60,984 nt of DNA, taken from Bacteroidota bacterium. Lineage in GTDB: Bacteria; Bacteroidota; Bacteroidia; Bacteroidales; DYOH01. The stretch covers positions 1 through 60,984 of the forward strand of contig JAIFMY010000061.1 in the NCBI GenBank assembly GCA_020048155.1. Reading direction: 5' to 3'. Under the pieces are notes generated by a model that was not told where the DNA came from, did no database searches, and saw nothing but the letters and a program-made list of their open reading frames with translations. The position numbers were made by a program, and so were the translations under genes. This document shows, in pieces, positions 29,884 through 39,266 of this stretch (position 1 is the stretch's first letter; every line of letters starts with the position of its first letter).

Positions 29884-30324
29884 CTATTTAGAGAACCCAA
29901 TTTGCAAGATTGCGAAGCCTGAAGGCGGTGCGGTAGGTGCCAGATATGCTTCAATAATGCAATCTACTGTAGAGTTAAATTTAAAATCCCAATACGGTGC
30001 ATTGTTGTAACCTCTGTTTGAAAAAAGTTCATTTCGTTCGCGGTCGTAAATTGCAAAAATAAGTTGTCCTTCTTGGCTTCCTGAACAGGCAGTGATACGG
30101 TAAATACTTCCTCCATAGAAGGTAGCTCTGAACTCTGCGACTTCCTCAGCGTTTATAAGCGCTCTGTATTGTTGTCCGTCAGACACAAAGGGTGGATTCA
30201 TGTATTTATCACATACTGCAGTGGTAACTTCTTCTTGTGCATTTACAAAGAATGATTGCAGAAGAAATGCAAAAAAGAAAGTTAATTTAAGATATGTTTT
30301 ATTCATTTTCTTGAACTTTATCAT
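29884..30324 (-). CDS. Small secreted hypothetical protein (beta-rich, 3 Cys)
   Basis: Signal peptide ...FFVNA-QEE; ATGA overlap with the upstream lipoprotein gene; no family recognised. Confidence 0.75.
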   Translation of the reverse strand: MIKFKKMNKTYLKLTFFFAFLLQSFFVNAQEEVTTAVCDKYMNPPFVSDGQQYRALINAEEVAEFRATFYGGSIYRITACSGSQEGQLIFAIYDRERNELFSNRGYNNAPYWDFKFNSTVDCIIEAYLAPTAPPSGFAILQIGFSK

Positions 30325-31232
30325 TGAACAATACTATTGCGAATGGCTTCCACTTGCTCGGTAATCAGGTTAAGTTGTACATCCTGAATGATGGTTTTAG
30401 TTGTGCTGTTTATGACCGTCAGTTTTTTGTCGGCATAGGTTGTAGGCGGTACATATTTATATTCTATAGTAATACCATCAAATACGGTAGCCAGATCTAC
30501 CAGTTGCTCCAGCAAATGATCAAACTCTTCAGATTGCTTTCCGTAGTATGGCCTAAGCAGCTCTATCAGGTTGTCGAGTGGATATTTTTGTTCGCCTATT
30601 CTATTTATAATTTCCTGACTTTTATTTGTTTGCGCTAGTTGCGAAAGGAAATAAAGACTTTCGACCCAACCGCCCGTGAGAATAATGATACCTATTTCGT
30701 TCCTTTCATTATCCATCAGGTAAGCATCTGCATTCTTATACATGGAAGAAACTATTTGCATAATTGAATCCTTGTTGCTTTTATTCGATTCAAAACGCTC
30801 CAAGAGTTTTTCATCAATGGAACTCATAATACCAAGTTCTTTCGACATGATCTTCACCACTCCAAAATAAACTGCGGCATCGGGCAATTGGTCGTACATA
30901 TTCAAATACCCCAGGTTTGCACCATATACACCCAAATTTAGGGCTTGCTTGAATGCAGTGGTGTACCTAGACGTACGCTCAACCGGGTTGAGTAGTTCTT
31001 TATTGTAAGGTATACCCGTTTCTTTGACCAACGAAGCCACTTGTAGAGGCGACGGAATACTAAAAAGCCTATCGTTGAGCTTTATAAGCCCACCGGTAGA
31101 CTGAAATTCCTCATCCAGATTATTAGTCTGGTTGTTCTTTGGGGGGGTATCATTACATCCAATACCAATAATCATCATCAATGAAGCAATAAATGGTAAA
31201 AGTATGTTACTTAAAGTCAGTTTTTTAGTCAT
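30321..31232 (-). CDS. Hypothetical alpha-helical lipoprotein
   Basis: Lipobox IGIG-C; mature region SIPSPLQV...QALNLGVYGANLGY...GGWVESLY...RIGEQK. Start set at ATG 31232 because the GTG at 31289 coincides with a -7 box. Confidence 0.78.
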   Translation of the reverse strand: MTKKLTLSNILLPFIASLMMIIGIGCNDTPPKNNQTNNLDEEFQSTGGLIKLNDRLFSIPSPLQVASLVKETGIPYNKELLNPVERTSRYTTAFKQALNLGVYGANLGYLNMYDQLPDAAVYFGVVKIMSKELGIMSSIDEKLLERFESNKSNKDSIMQIVSSMYKNADAYLMDNERNEIGIIILTGGWVESLYFLSQLAQTNKSQEIINRIGEQKYPLDNLIELLRPYYGKQSEEFDHLLEQLVDLATVFDGITIEYKYVPPTTYADKKLTVINSTTKTIIQDVQLNLITEQVEAIRNSIVQ

Positions 31233-31288
31233 AGCATAAAGCGTTTTTAACTCTTGTCGCATTTTTATACTGAACAAATATTTGGCCA

Positions 31289-31296
31289 CAAATTTA
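31289..31296 (-). promoter_or_regulatory. -7 box for the lipoprotein/secreted protein/ABCG operon
   Basis: Minus strand TAAATTTG. Confidence 0.5.
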
Positions 31297-31522
31297 ATGT
31301 TTGCTATAGATAAGTCAATACCTAACTTAATTTTAAATTGATATTTCTTAAATCTTTTACTTATAAGTATGGTAGTACCAAATATTGGTGAAAATTAGTA
31401 CTTTTTCGGTAAATTACAAAACACTTTTTACATAGTTTTAAATGCTGGCAAATAATCGTTGTTTATATCAAAACTATTTTTTTCATTTATGTTTTCATTC
31501 TCATTTAAATAATCAAACTTTT

Positions 31523-33700
31523 ATGAATAGAATTTCACTATTTTTCTTAATCATCCTATTCAGTTTGCAAGCTATTGCTCAAGAAAAACAACTGAATATG
31601 GCTTTGGCCGTGAGGGGGCAATACAGAGAGTTAGCCCCTGCTAATCTTCAGGCCATTGTTGCTCGTACCGGTACCAATCAGTTTACTTACTTGGTCAATT
31701 ACAATACGATGGTATTGGCCGAGGCCAAATCTGATAAAACCGAAAACCTACTTACACTTGATCAACTAAATACCACACTAAAAGTGGCTGGTATCGAAGC
31801 CTTTCCTTACATATATGATTATAAATGGCTCAATGCTAATACATTGCTCTTTATAAATGGCAATACGGCTGTATGGTACGATGTGGTAGGCAAAAATGTT
31901 GTAGCATCGCATTCTGCACCTCAAAATGCCAAAAACATGAGTGTGCATGCTGAAAGCAAGGCAATAGCTTATACCATAGAAAACAATTTGTATGTAAAAA
32001 CTTTACTGAAAGAGTATATTGTAACTAAAGACAGACTAAAAACCATTGTTAATGGCGATGCTTACGTTCACAGGCAAGAGTTTGGTATAAACAAAGGCAT
32101 ATTCTGGTCGCCAGATGGGAGCAAGCTAGCTTTTTATAGAAAAGATGAAACGATGGTAACGGATTATCCGCTTGTAAATATGGATGCCCGCATTGCAGAA
32201 TCGACCCCCGTTAAATACCCAATGGCCGGAATGACAAGTGAAGAAGTAACTTTGGGAGTTTTTGACCTTGCTTCTGAAAAAACAGTTTTTATGAAAACTG
32301 GTGAACCAAAAGAACAATATCTAACTGCAATCAGCTGGAATCCAACCTCTTCGCAAATCTTTATTGGTGTACTCAACAGAGGACAAAATCACCTGAAGAT
32401 GAGCAGGTTCAATGCCAATTCCGGCGATTTTGAAATGATCCTTTTTGAAGAGAAAAACGACCGATGGGTAGAACCCGAAAATCCACTTCGTTTTATACCG
32501 GGAAAAAATAATGAGTTTTTGTGGCTGAGCGAAAGAGATGGGTACAATCATTATTACCACTACAATACCGATGGCAAATTGCTTAAACAAGTAACCAAAG
32601 GAAACTGGATTGTTACTGAGCTCGAGAGTTTCGATACTAAAGGAGAGAACATAATTGTGGAAACTACTGAAGTATCTCCAATAGAAAGGCATTGGTATAA
32701 AGTAAACCTAAAATCGGGTGTTTCGGTTAAATTAACTGCCGATGCGGGTATGCACAAGGTTGTAACCCTTGGAAATGCTGAGTTTTTTGTAGATGCTTTT
32801 TCAAACACCCAAAATCCGAACCAGATAGACATACGTGAAAAGAACGGCAAACTGGTACGTAATGTGCTAAAAGCTGATAATCCTCTCAAAGACTACAAAT
32901 TGGGTAAAATGACAGTAGGAACTCTCAAAGCTGCAGATGGTAAAACCGATTTATATTACCGCCTCATTACCCCACCCGATTTTGATGCAACTAAAAAATA
33001 TCCAGCTATTATTTATGTATACGGTGGTCCTCACTTACAGCAAGTTACAAATTCGTGGTTGGCGGGTGTAAACCTTTGGCAATTTCTAATGGCTCAAAAA
33101 GGCTATGTAATGCTGGTGGTTGACAATAGGGGCACCGCCGACCGAGGTTTTGAATTTGAAAGCGTTATACATCGCCAATTGGGTATAAGTGAAATGGAAG
33201 ATCAAATGAAAGGCGTAGAATTGCTCAAATCGCTCGGATACGTAGATATGAACAGCATAGGAGTGCATGGTTGGAGCTACGGTGGTTTTATGACCACTTC
33301 CCTTATGACTGAGCACAATGATATATTTAAGGTAGGTGTAGCAGGCGGACCAGTTATCGACTGGAAATATTACGAAGTAATGTACGGCGAACGATATATG
33401 GATACCCCAGATGAAAATCCAGAAGGATATCAAAAAACATCGTTACTAAACAAAGCTTCAAATCTGAAAGGAAATTTACTCATCATACACGGCGATATAG
33501 ACAATACTGTAGTACCGCAGCACAGCCTTCAATTTCTGAAAGCTTGCGTCGCGGCCAAAACCTACCCCGATTTTCTTTTGTACGTAGGACACGAGCACAA
33601 TGTGAGTGGCATGGATCGCATACATCTGATGGAAAAAATAACCCAATATTTTGATACTTACCTAAAGCATGAAATAAAAGGAAGCGAACTAAAAGACTAA
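31523..33700 (+). CDS. S9B peptidase (dipeptidyl-peptidase IV / prolyl tripeptidyl peptidase family)
   Basis: DPPIV N-terminal propeller (RQEFGINKGIFWSPDG), YGGPH, catalytic GWSYGG, HGDIDNTV, GHEH; signal peptide from ATG 31523. Confidence 0.94.
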   Translation: MNRISLFFLIILFSLQAIAQEKQLNMALAVRGQYRELAPANLQAIVARTGTNQFTYLVNYNTMVLAEAKSDKTENLLTLDQLNTTLKVAGIEAFPYIYDYKWLNANTLLFINGNTAVWYDVVGKNVVASHSAPQNAKNMSVHAESKAIAYTIENNLYVKTLLKEYIVTKDRLKTIVNGDAYVHRQEFGINKGIFWSPDGSKLAFYRKDETMVTDYPLVNMDARIAESTPVKYPMAGMTSEEVTLGVFDLASEKTVFMKTGEPKEQYLTAISWNPTSSQIFIGVLNRGQNHLKMSRFNANSGDFEMILFEEKNDRWVEPENPLRFIPGKNNEFLWLSERDGYNHYYHYNTDGKLLKQVTKGNWIVTELESFDTKGENIIVETTEVSPIERHWYKVNLKSGVSVKLTADAGMHKVVTLGNAEFFVDAFSNTQNPNQIDIREKNGKLVRNVLKADNPLKDYKLGKMTVGTLKAADGKTDLYYRLITPPDFDATKKYPAIIYVYGGPHLQQVTNSWLAGVNLWQFLMAQKGYVMLVVDNRGTADRGFEFESVIHRQLGISEMEDQMKGVELLKSLGYVDMNSIGVHGWSYGGFMTTSLMTEHNDIFKVGVAGGPVIDWKYYEVMYGERYMDTPDENPEGYQKTSLLNKASNLKGNLLIIHGDIDNTVVPQHSLQFLKACVAAKTYPDFLLYVGHEHNVSGMDRIHLMEKITQYFDTYLKHEIKGSELKD

Positions 33701-33717
33701 CTTTCACCCATACAGGC

Positions 33718-36675
33718 ATGAAACCAACTTATATAACATCCCTTCCCATTTTAGCAGTTTTATTATTTACTGCACTGAGTGGTTGTTTCAAACCAGATTA
33801 TACCAGTTTTGTAGACCCATTCGTAGGTACCGATGCACACGGTCATACATATCCTGGAGCAAGTGCCCCATTTGGTATGGTACAGCTAAGTCCCGATACC
33901 CGGCTCGATGGTTGGGATGGCTGTTCGGGATATCATTACTCCGACTCGGTAATTTATGGTTTTAGCCATACTCACCTCAGCGGAACCGGTATACCCGACT
34001 ATTGTGATATACTTTTTATGCCTGTTTCCGAAAAAATGCAATTTGAAGCCAGTACCCCCGATAATCAAGCGGGGGGCTATGCTTCGTTCTTTTCACACAA
34101 CAACGAAAATGCTTCACCCGGATTTTATTCTGTATTACTAGATGACGACCATATAAAAGCTGAGCTTACCGTAACCTCGCGCACAGGTTTGCACAAGTAC
34201 ACGTTTGATAAGAAAGGAGAGCAATTTTTAATGCTCGACCTCAAGCACAGGGATCACGTTCTGGAATCGTACCTGAAAATAATTTCGCCTACTGAAATTG
34301 CCGGATACAGGCGCTCTAAAGGTTGGGCTAACGACCAAAGAGTCTATTTTGTTGCTCGTTTTTCTGAGCCTATTAAAACCGTAAAAGTGAAGAATAGCGA
34401 CCAGATTCTTCCACAAGATTCTATGTATATTGGAAACCAATTGGTTGCTGGTTTTTCTTTCGATATGAATGATACAAAAAAATTATTCGTAAAAATTGCA
34501 CTTTCGGCCGTAGATGAGCAAGGTGCACGTAACAACCTGAACACTGAACAACCCGATTGGGATTTTGACGCAATAAGAAAAGCCATAAAAGAAGATTGGA
34601 ACCGTGAACTTTCGAAGATTGAAATAAAAGGAGGTCCTACAGAACGAAAAAGAATATTCTATACTGCATTGTACCACAGTTTTTTGTGCCCAAATATATA
34701 TACCGATACTGACGGAAGATATCTGGGATTAGATAAAAAAATATACAAAGCTGAAGGTTTTACAAATTATTCGGTATTCTCATTATGGGACACCTATCGG
34801 GCTGCCCACCCTTTGTATACCTTCACTCAACCTCAGCGCACAGCAGATTTTATACAATCCTTCCTGCAAATGTATAAGCATGGTGGATTGTTACCCGTGT
34901 GGGAACTAGCTGCAAACGAAACTTATTGTATGATAGGCTATCATTCCGTTTCGGTGATTGCAGACGCATACAAAAAAGGCTATCGGAACTTTGACGCTGA
35001 CCTTGCGCTCCAAGCCATGCAACACAGTGCCACTAAGGATCATTTTGGGCTAAAATACTACAAAGAACTAGGTTTTATTCCCATTGAACTGGAACACGAA
35101 TCGGTGTCCAAAACATTGGAATACGCCTACGACGACTGGTGTATTGCTATGATGGCTAAAGAAATGGGAAAGGAAGAGGTTTACAAGGAATATATTAGCC
35201 GTGCCCAGAATTACAAAAACCTGTTCGACTACCGCAGCCGTTTCATTCGTCCGCGTCAAAATGGTAGTTGGATAGAGCCTTACGACCCAAAAGAAGTCAC
35301 TTTTCATTACACCGAGGCAAACGGGTGGCAGTACAACTTTGGAGTACAGCAAGATATAGGCTCACTCTTGGGTATGTATGGTGGCGAAATGAATTTTAGT
35401 TCTGCACTCGATTCTATGTTTTTCACCAACACAAAACCCACCGGACGCCAGCAAGCCGATATCACCGGTCTGATAGGGCAATATGCGCATGGCAACGAGC
35501 CGGGTCATCACATCCCATATTTATACGCACTGGCAGGAAATCCGGTAAAAACACAAGATTTGGTTTCGAAGATAATGGACGAGTTTTATACACTTAATCC
35601 CGATGGATTGATTGGGAATGAAGACTGCGGGCAAATGTCGGCTTGGTATGTACTCAGTGCAATGGGATTTTATCAGGTAGCACCCGGCGACGACCGTTAT
35701 ACAATAGGTTTGCCACAATTCAAAAACGTAATCATAAAAGCTGGCAAAGTACCTTTCAGAATAAAAACACAACAGATAACCACTGCCAAAAAATATATAA
35801 AAAGCATAGAATGGAACGGAAAGCCATACAACAAAGGTTTCATTACTCATAAAATGATCATGGAAGGTGGTTTGTTGGAAATAAAACTCACACCAGCCCC
35901 CGAAGAGGCATTTGTGCCGCTTCCTGAAAACCGTGCCATCACATACATTACTGATAATCAGGTAATGACTGTTCCTGTTATTTATCCTTCAGTTTATTCA
36001 TTTTCAGATAGTTTGTTTATTACTTTCGAGAAAGAGAACTCAACAGCCGAGCTCATAAGATATACCATCGATGGCAGCGAGCCTACCATGTACTCCCCTC
36101 TTTTCATAAAACCTTTTACCATACGCGAGAGTGCAACAATAAAAGCAAAAAAATTCAATGCTAAAGGTGAATCATCGAAAACCATGACCGCCATATATTC
36201 AAAATACGATAAATCGCGCAAAATAGACATACAAGCCCAATACAACAGGCAATACACTGCCGGGGGCGATCATGGCCTGATAGATGGCCTGAGGGGTGCA
36301 TCCAATTTCAGAAACGGGAAATGGCAAGGATATCAAAGTACAGATTTCGTGGCCATTGTAGACCTGGGCAAAACCCAAACTGTGCGAAAACTTGGTGCCG
36401 GATTTTTGCAGGAAATACAGTCGTGGATATGGATGCCTACTGAGTTGAAAATAGAAATATCTAGCGACGGAATCAGCTATCAGACAGTAGATATAATTCA
36501 AAACAATATTCCATCGGATAGCTACGAAGTAGTAAGCAAAGATTTTGTGAGCTATACCCAAAAACAGGCACGCTACATAAAGTTTACTGCAAAAAATTTT
36601 GGTAAAATTCCAGAATGGCATCTGGGTAAAGGCGGCGATGCATTCATTTTTGTAGATGAGCTGGTAATAGAATAA
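33718..36675 (+). CDS. GH92 alpha-mannosidase, lipoprotein, with C-terminal Fn3-associated and discoidin-like modules
   Basis: Lipobox LSGC; VDPFVGT, GHTYPGA, LSPDT, FSHTHLSG, SLWDTYR, SKTLEYAYDD, HGNEPGHH, GNEDCGQMSAWY; RYTIDGSEP and VDLGK modules. Confidence 0.94.
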   Translation: MKPTYITSLPILAVLLFTALSGCFKPDYTSFVDPFVGTDAHGHTYPGASAPFGMVQLSPDTRLDGWDGCSGYHYSDSVIYGFSHTHLSGTGIPDYCDILFMPVSEKMQFEASTPDNQAGGYASFFSHNNENASPGFYSVLLDDDHIKAELTVTSRTGLHKYTFDKKGEQFLMLDLKHRDHVLESYLKIISPTEIAGYRRSKGWANDQRVYFVARFSEPIKTVKVKNSDQILPQDSMYIGNQLVAGFSFDMNDTKKLFVKIALSAVDEQGARNNLNTEQPDWDFDAIRKAIKEDWNRELSKIEIKGGPTERKRIFYTALYHSFLCPNIYTDTDGRYLGLDKKIYKAEGFTNYSVFSLWDTYRAAHPLYTFTQPQRTADFIQSFLQMYKHGGLLPVWELAANETYCMIGYHSVSVIADAYKKGYRNFDADLALQAMQHSATKDHFGLKYYKELGFIPIELEHESVSKTLEYAYDDWCIAMMAKEMGKEEVYKEYISRAQNYKNLFDYRSRFIRPRQNGSWIEPYDPKEVTFHYTEANGWQYNFGVQQDIGSLLGMYGGEMNFSSALDSMFFTNTKPTGRQQADITGLIGQYAHGNEPGHHIPYLYALAGNPVKTQDLVSKIMDEFYTLNPDGLIGNEDCGQMSAWYVLSAMGFYQVAPGDDRYTIGLPQFKNVIIKAGKVPFRIKTQQITTAKKYIKSIEWNGKPYNKGFITHKMIMEGGLLEIKLTPAPEEAFVPLPENRAITYITDNQVMTVPVIYPSVYSFSDSLFITFEKENSTAELIRYTIDGSEPTMYSPLFIKPFTIRESATIKAKKFNAKGESSKTMTAIYSKYDKSRKIDIQAQYNRQYTAGGDHGLIDGLRGASNFRNGKWQGYQSTDFVAIVDLGKTQTVRKLGAGFLQEIQSWIWMPTELKIEISSDGISYQTVDIIQNNIPSDSYEVVSKDFVSYTQKQARYIKFTAKNFGKIPEWHLGKGGDAFIFVDELVIE

Positions 36676-36709
36676 AATGCACTGATACAAGCGAAAGGAT
36701 AATTCAATA

Positions 36710-37420
36710 TTATTCTTTCGCTGAATTGACAATCATTTTGTCACTCTTTCTGAAATTTTCGGTAATTATCTTGCCATCAAACAAGTGCAAAATACGGTGA
36801 CTACGCTCTGCATCACGCACAGAGTGTGTAACCATCACAATGGTTGTTCCATTTTTATTCAGTTCGGTAAGCAATTCCATCACTTCAGCGCCATTTACTG
36901 AATCCAGATTTCCGGTAGGTTCGTCAGCCAGAATCAGGCTAGGCTGAGCCACTACTGCCCTAGCAACTGCCACACGTTGTTGCTGGCCTCCACTTAGTTG
37001 AGGAGGATAGTTATAACGGCGATGTGCTATTTTCAATTGTTCCAGTATACTATCAACAAGCATTTTACGCTCGGCAGCAGAATATTTGAGGTATAATAAT
37101 GGCAATTCTACATTTTCATAAATAGTGAGCTCATCAATCAGGTTGAAACTTTGAAATACAAAACCAATATTCTTTTTTCGCAAAAAAGATCTACTGCGCT
37201 CGCTAATACTTGAAACATCTTCTCCCATAAAATGAATTTGACCGGAAGTAGGAGAATCTAGCAATCCCAGTACATTGAGCAACGTAGTTTTGCCACATCC
37301 TGAAGGCCCCATAATGGCTAAAAATTCCCCTCGTTTTATCTCTAAACTTACTTTATTGAGGGCAATAGTTCTCACTTCTTCATTAGCAAACACTTTTACT
37401 AAATCGATGGTTTTAAGCAT
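36710..37420 (-). CDS. ABC transporter ATP-binding protein (MacB/LolD-type), stand-alone
   Basis: GPSGCGKTT, IGFVFQSFNLI, LSGGQQQRVAVARA, LADEPTGNLD, MVTHS. Confidence 0.93.
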   Translation of the reverse strand: MLKTIDLVKVFANEEVRTIALNKVSLEIKRGEFLAIMGPSGCGKTTLLNVLGLLDSPTSGQIHFMGEDVSSISERSRSFLRKKNIGFVFQSFNLIDELTIYENVELPLLYLKYSAAERKMLVDSILEQLKIAHRRYNYPPQLSGGQQQRVAVARAVVAQPSLILADEPTGNLDSVNGAEVMELLTELNKNGTTIVMVTHSVRDAERSHRILHLFDGKIITENFRKSDKMIVNSAKE

Positions 37421-37533
37421 ATTAAAATAAATATGTATGTTATGCGCTAATTGAAAATATAATCAGGCTTTTGCTTAAATCTTTTGCAAGGATTCAATCT
37501 GGTAAATTTAATGCATTTAATTTAATTTTGTAT

Positions 37534-37541
37534 TACCTTTG
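37534..37541 (+). promoter_or_regulatory. -7 box for the hypothetical gene at 37565
   Basis: TACCTTTG, 23 nt upstream of the ATG. Confidence 0.55.
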
Positions 37542-37564
37542 TGTAATTTGTAAATATAAGTTTT

Positions 37565-38299
37565 ATGACCCAGCCGGTTTCAAGACATGATTTATTGCAG
37601 ATAAATCTGGTATTCTCTGCTGCCCTCATATCCATTCAGGATTCTAAGTACAACCCACGCAAGATCAACCAGATTTCAGAAAACGAGGAGATTTTGCAGG
37701 AAGAAGCAGAGCTTTACGATCAGAACCGCGATGTAATGGATTTGGAATACAACACACCTCAATATTATTCTACTTTTGCCCTTTGTACAGATTGTGACCA
37801 ACAAATTCTTATACCCAACTTGGTTGCCAAAAATCTCAAAAAGTTATTCGAATCGTTGCACCAATCTTCCGTTATTTTTATTCTGGAATTTAATACCCCC
37901 TGGTTCTTTCAACAGAACAACTTTGCAAAGGTGAAAGAAGCATATAGTTATCTGTATTCATTAGGCATAACCAGCGATTTTAATGGTGGTTTCAGGGTAG
38001 ATATATCCGATTTGGAAGTATTTATGGAGCATCTTACTTGGTTGAGCAGATGCAATGCAGGTATGCCCGATTTGTATTTTTCAGGCATAAATACCCCCAT
38101 CATCATTTCGGTAGACAGATTTGCAAATTTATTGTGCGATACTTACGACCAATCTTTCGAAATTTCGTTTCGTAATATGGCTTTGGATGCCGGATTTGGT
38201 GTATATCCGTGGCAAGAAGCCATAAAACATGGTTTTAGGATTCCGTGCCGTGAGCTAATTGTGGAAGAAAACTCTGCTAAACTCGAAGAACTGCACTAA
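37565..38299 (+). CDS. Hypothetical cytoplasmic protein
   Basis: 244-aa ORF with its own -7 box, filling the gap between genes; no domain recognised. Confidence 0.75.
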   Translation: MTQPVSRHDLLQINLVFSAALISIQDSKYNPRKINQISENEEILQEEAELYDQNRDVMDLEYNTPQYYSTFALCTDCDQQILIPNLVAKNLKKLFESLHQSSVIFILEFNTPWFFQQNNFAKVKEAYSYLYSLGITSDFNGGFRVDISDLEVFMEHLTWLSRCNAGMPDLYFSGINTPIIISVDRFANLLCDTYDQSFEISFRNMALDAGFGVYPWQEAIKHGFRIPCRELIVEENSAKLEELH

Positions 38300-39243
38300 C
38301 ATTCTTTGAAGTGACAGTCGGCAAATTCAAATTGCAGAGTGGTATGCTTTATGTCAAAATGCTCATCTAGCATTTTATTGATTTCCGAATGTAATGCCTG
38401 AGTTTCAGATACATTCAAATCATTGTGTAAAGTAATATGGGCTTCCATCAGTACTGTATTTTCATCCAGATTCCATACATGCAAGTGGTGTATCCCCTTC
38501 ACTTCAGCAATTGCACAAATATGTTCTTCCAACTCGGCTATATCAACAGTATCTGGAGAACCTTGCATAAGTACATGCATGCTTTTGCGCAATACAGGCC
38601 ATGCCAGAATAATCACATATACTCCAACTATCACAGATACCAATGGATCAATCCATACCACATTCCAGAAATGAATAGCAACAGCTCCCAGAATAACAGC
38701 CACCGAAGAAAGTGTATCACCAAGCAAATGTAAATAAGCAGCCTTTATATTCAACGACCCTTCAGATACTGAATGGAGTAAAAACACAGAGAATACATTG
38801 GCAAGTAAGCCTATAACCGCCACACTAAGCATGATGCCGGCTTTAATTGGCTCTGGGTTGAAGTACCTATGGTAGGCCTCAGTAAAAATGTATAAAGAGA
38901 TGAAAATAAGAATAAACGAATTGATAAATGCTGAAATAATTTCAATCCGTTTATAACCATATGTTTTGCTGGAACTCGATTTTTTGCGGGATATGGATTG
39001 TGCTGCCCATGCAAGAAAAAGAGCCATCCCATCAGAAAAATTGTGAAGCGCATCAGAAAGCAACGATAAGCTATTGGACATAATTCCACCAATAACCTGA
39101 GCCAATGTAATTACCAAATTCAAAATAGCAGCGGCCACCAGCCTTGTGTGCGTATTTTTGAATATTGCATCATTTTCTAATTCACTTACATGGTGGTGAT
39201 TGTGATGCTGATGTTGGTGGCTATGATGCTGATGCGCAGACAT
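38296..39243 (-). CDS. Cation diffusion facilitator (CzcD/ZitB-like Zn/Co/Cd exporter)
   Basis: SLSLLSDALHNFSD (HxxxD), TYGYKRIE, NIKAAYLHLLGD (HxxxD), HHLHVW; His-rich N-terminus. Confidence 0.94.
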   Translation of the reverse strand: MSAHQHHSHQHQHHNHHHVSELENDAIFKNTHTRLVAAAILNLVITLAQVIGGIMSNSLSLLSDALHNFSDGMALFLAWAAQSISRKKSSSSKTYGYKRIEIISAFINSFILIFISLYIFTEAYHRYFNPEPIKAGIMLSVAVIGLLANVFSVFLLHSVSEGSLNIKAAYLHLLGDTLSSVAVILGAVAIHFWNVVWIDPLVSVIVGVYVIILAWPVLRKSMHVLMQGSPDTVDIAELEEHICAIAEVKGIHHLHVWNLDENTVLMEAHITLHNDLNVSETQALHSEINKMLDEHFDIKHTTLQFEFADCHFKEC

Positions 39244-39266
39244 ATCAGAAATAAAAATTATATTTA

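Noticed and set aside
33718-36675. Polysaccharide utilisation locus around GH92
   Set aside because: No susC/susD pair or other CAZymes nearby; the only TonB receptor is 12 kb away and is not SusC-like.
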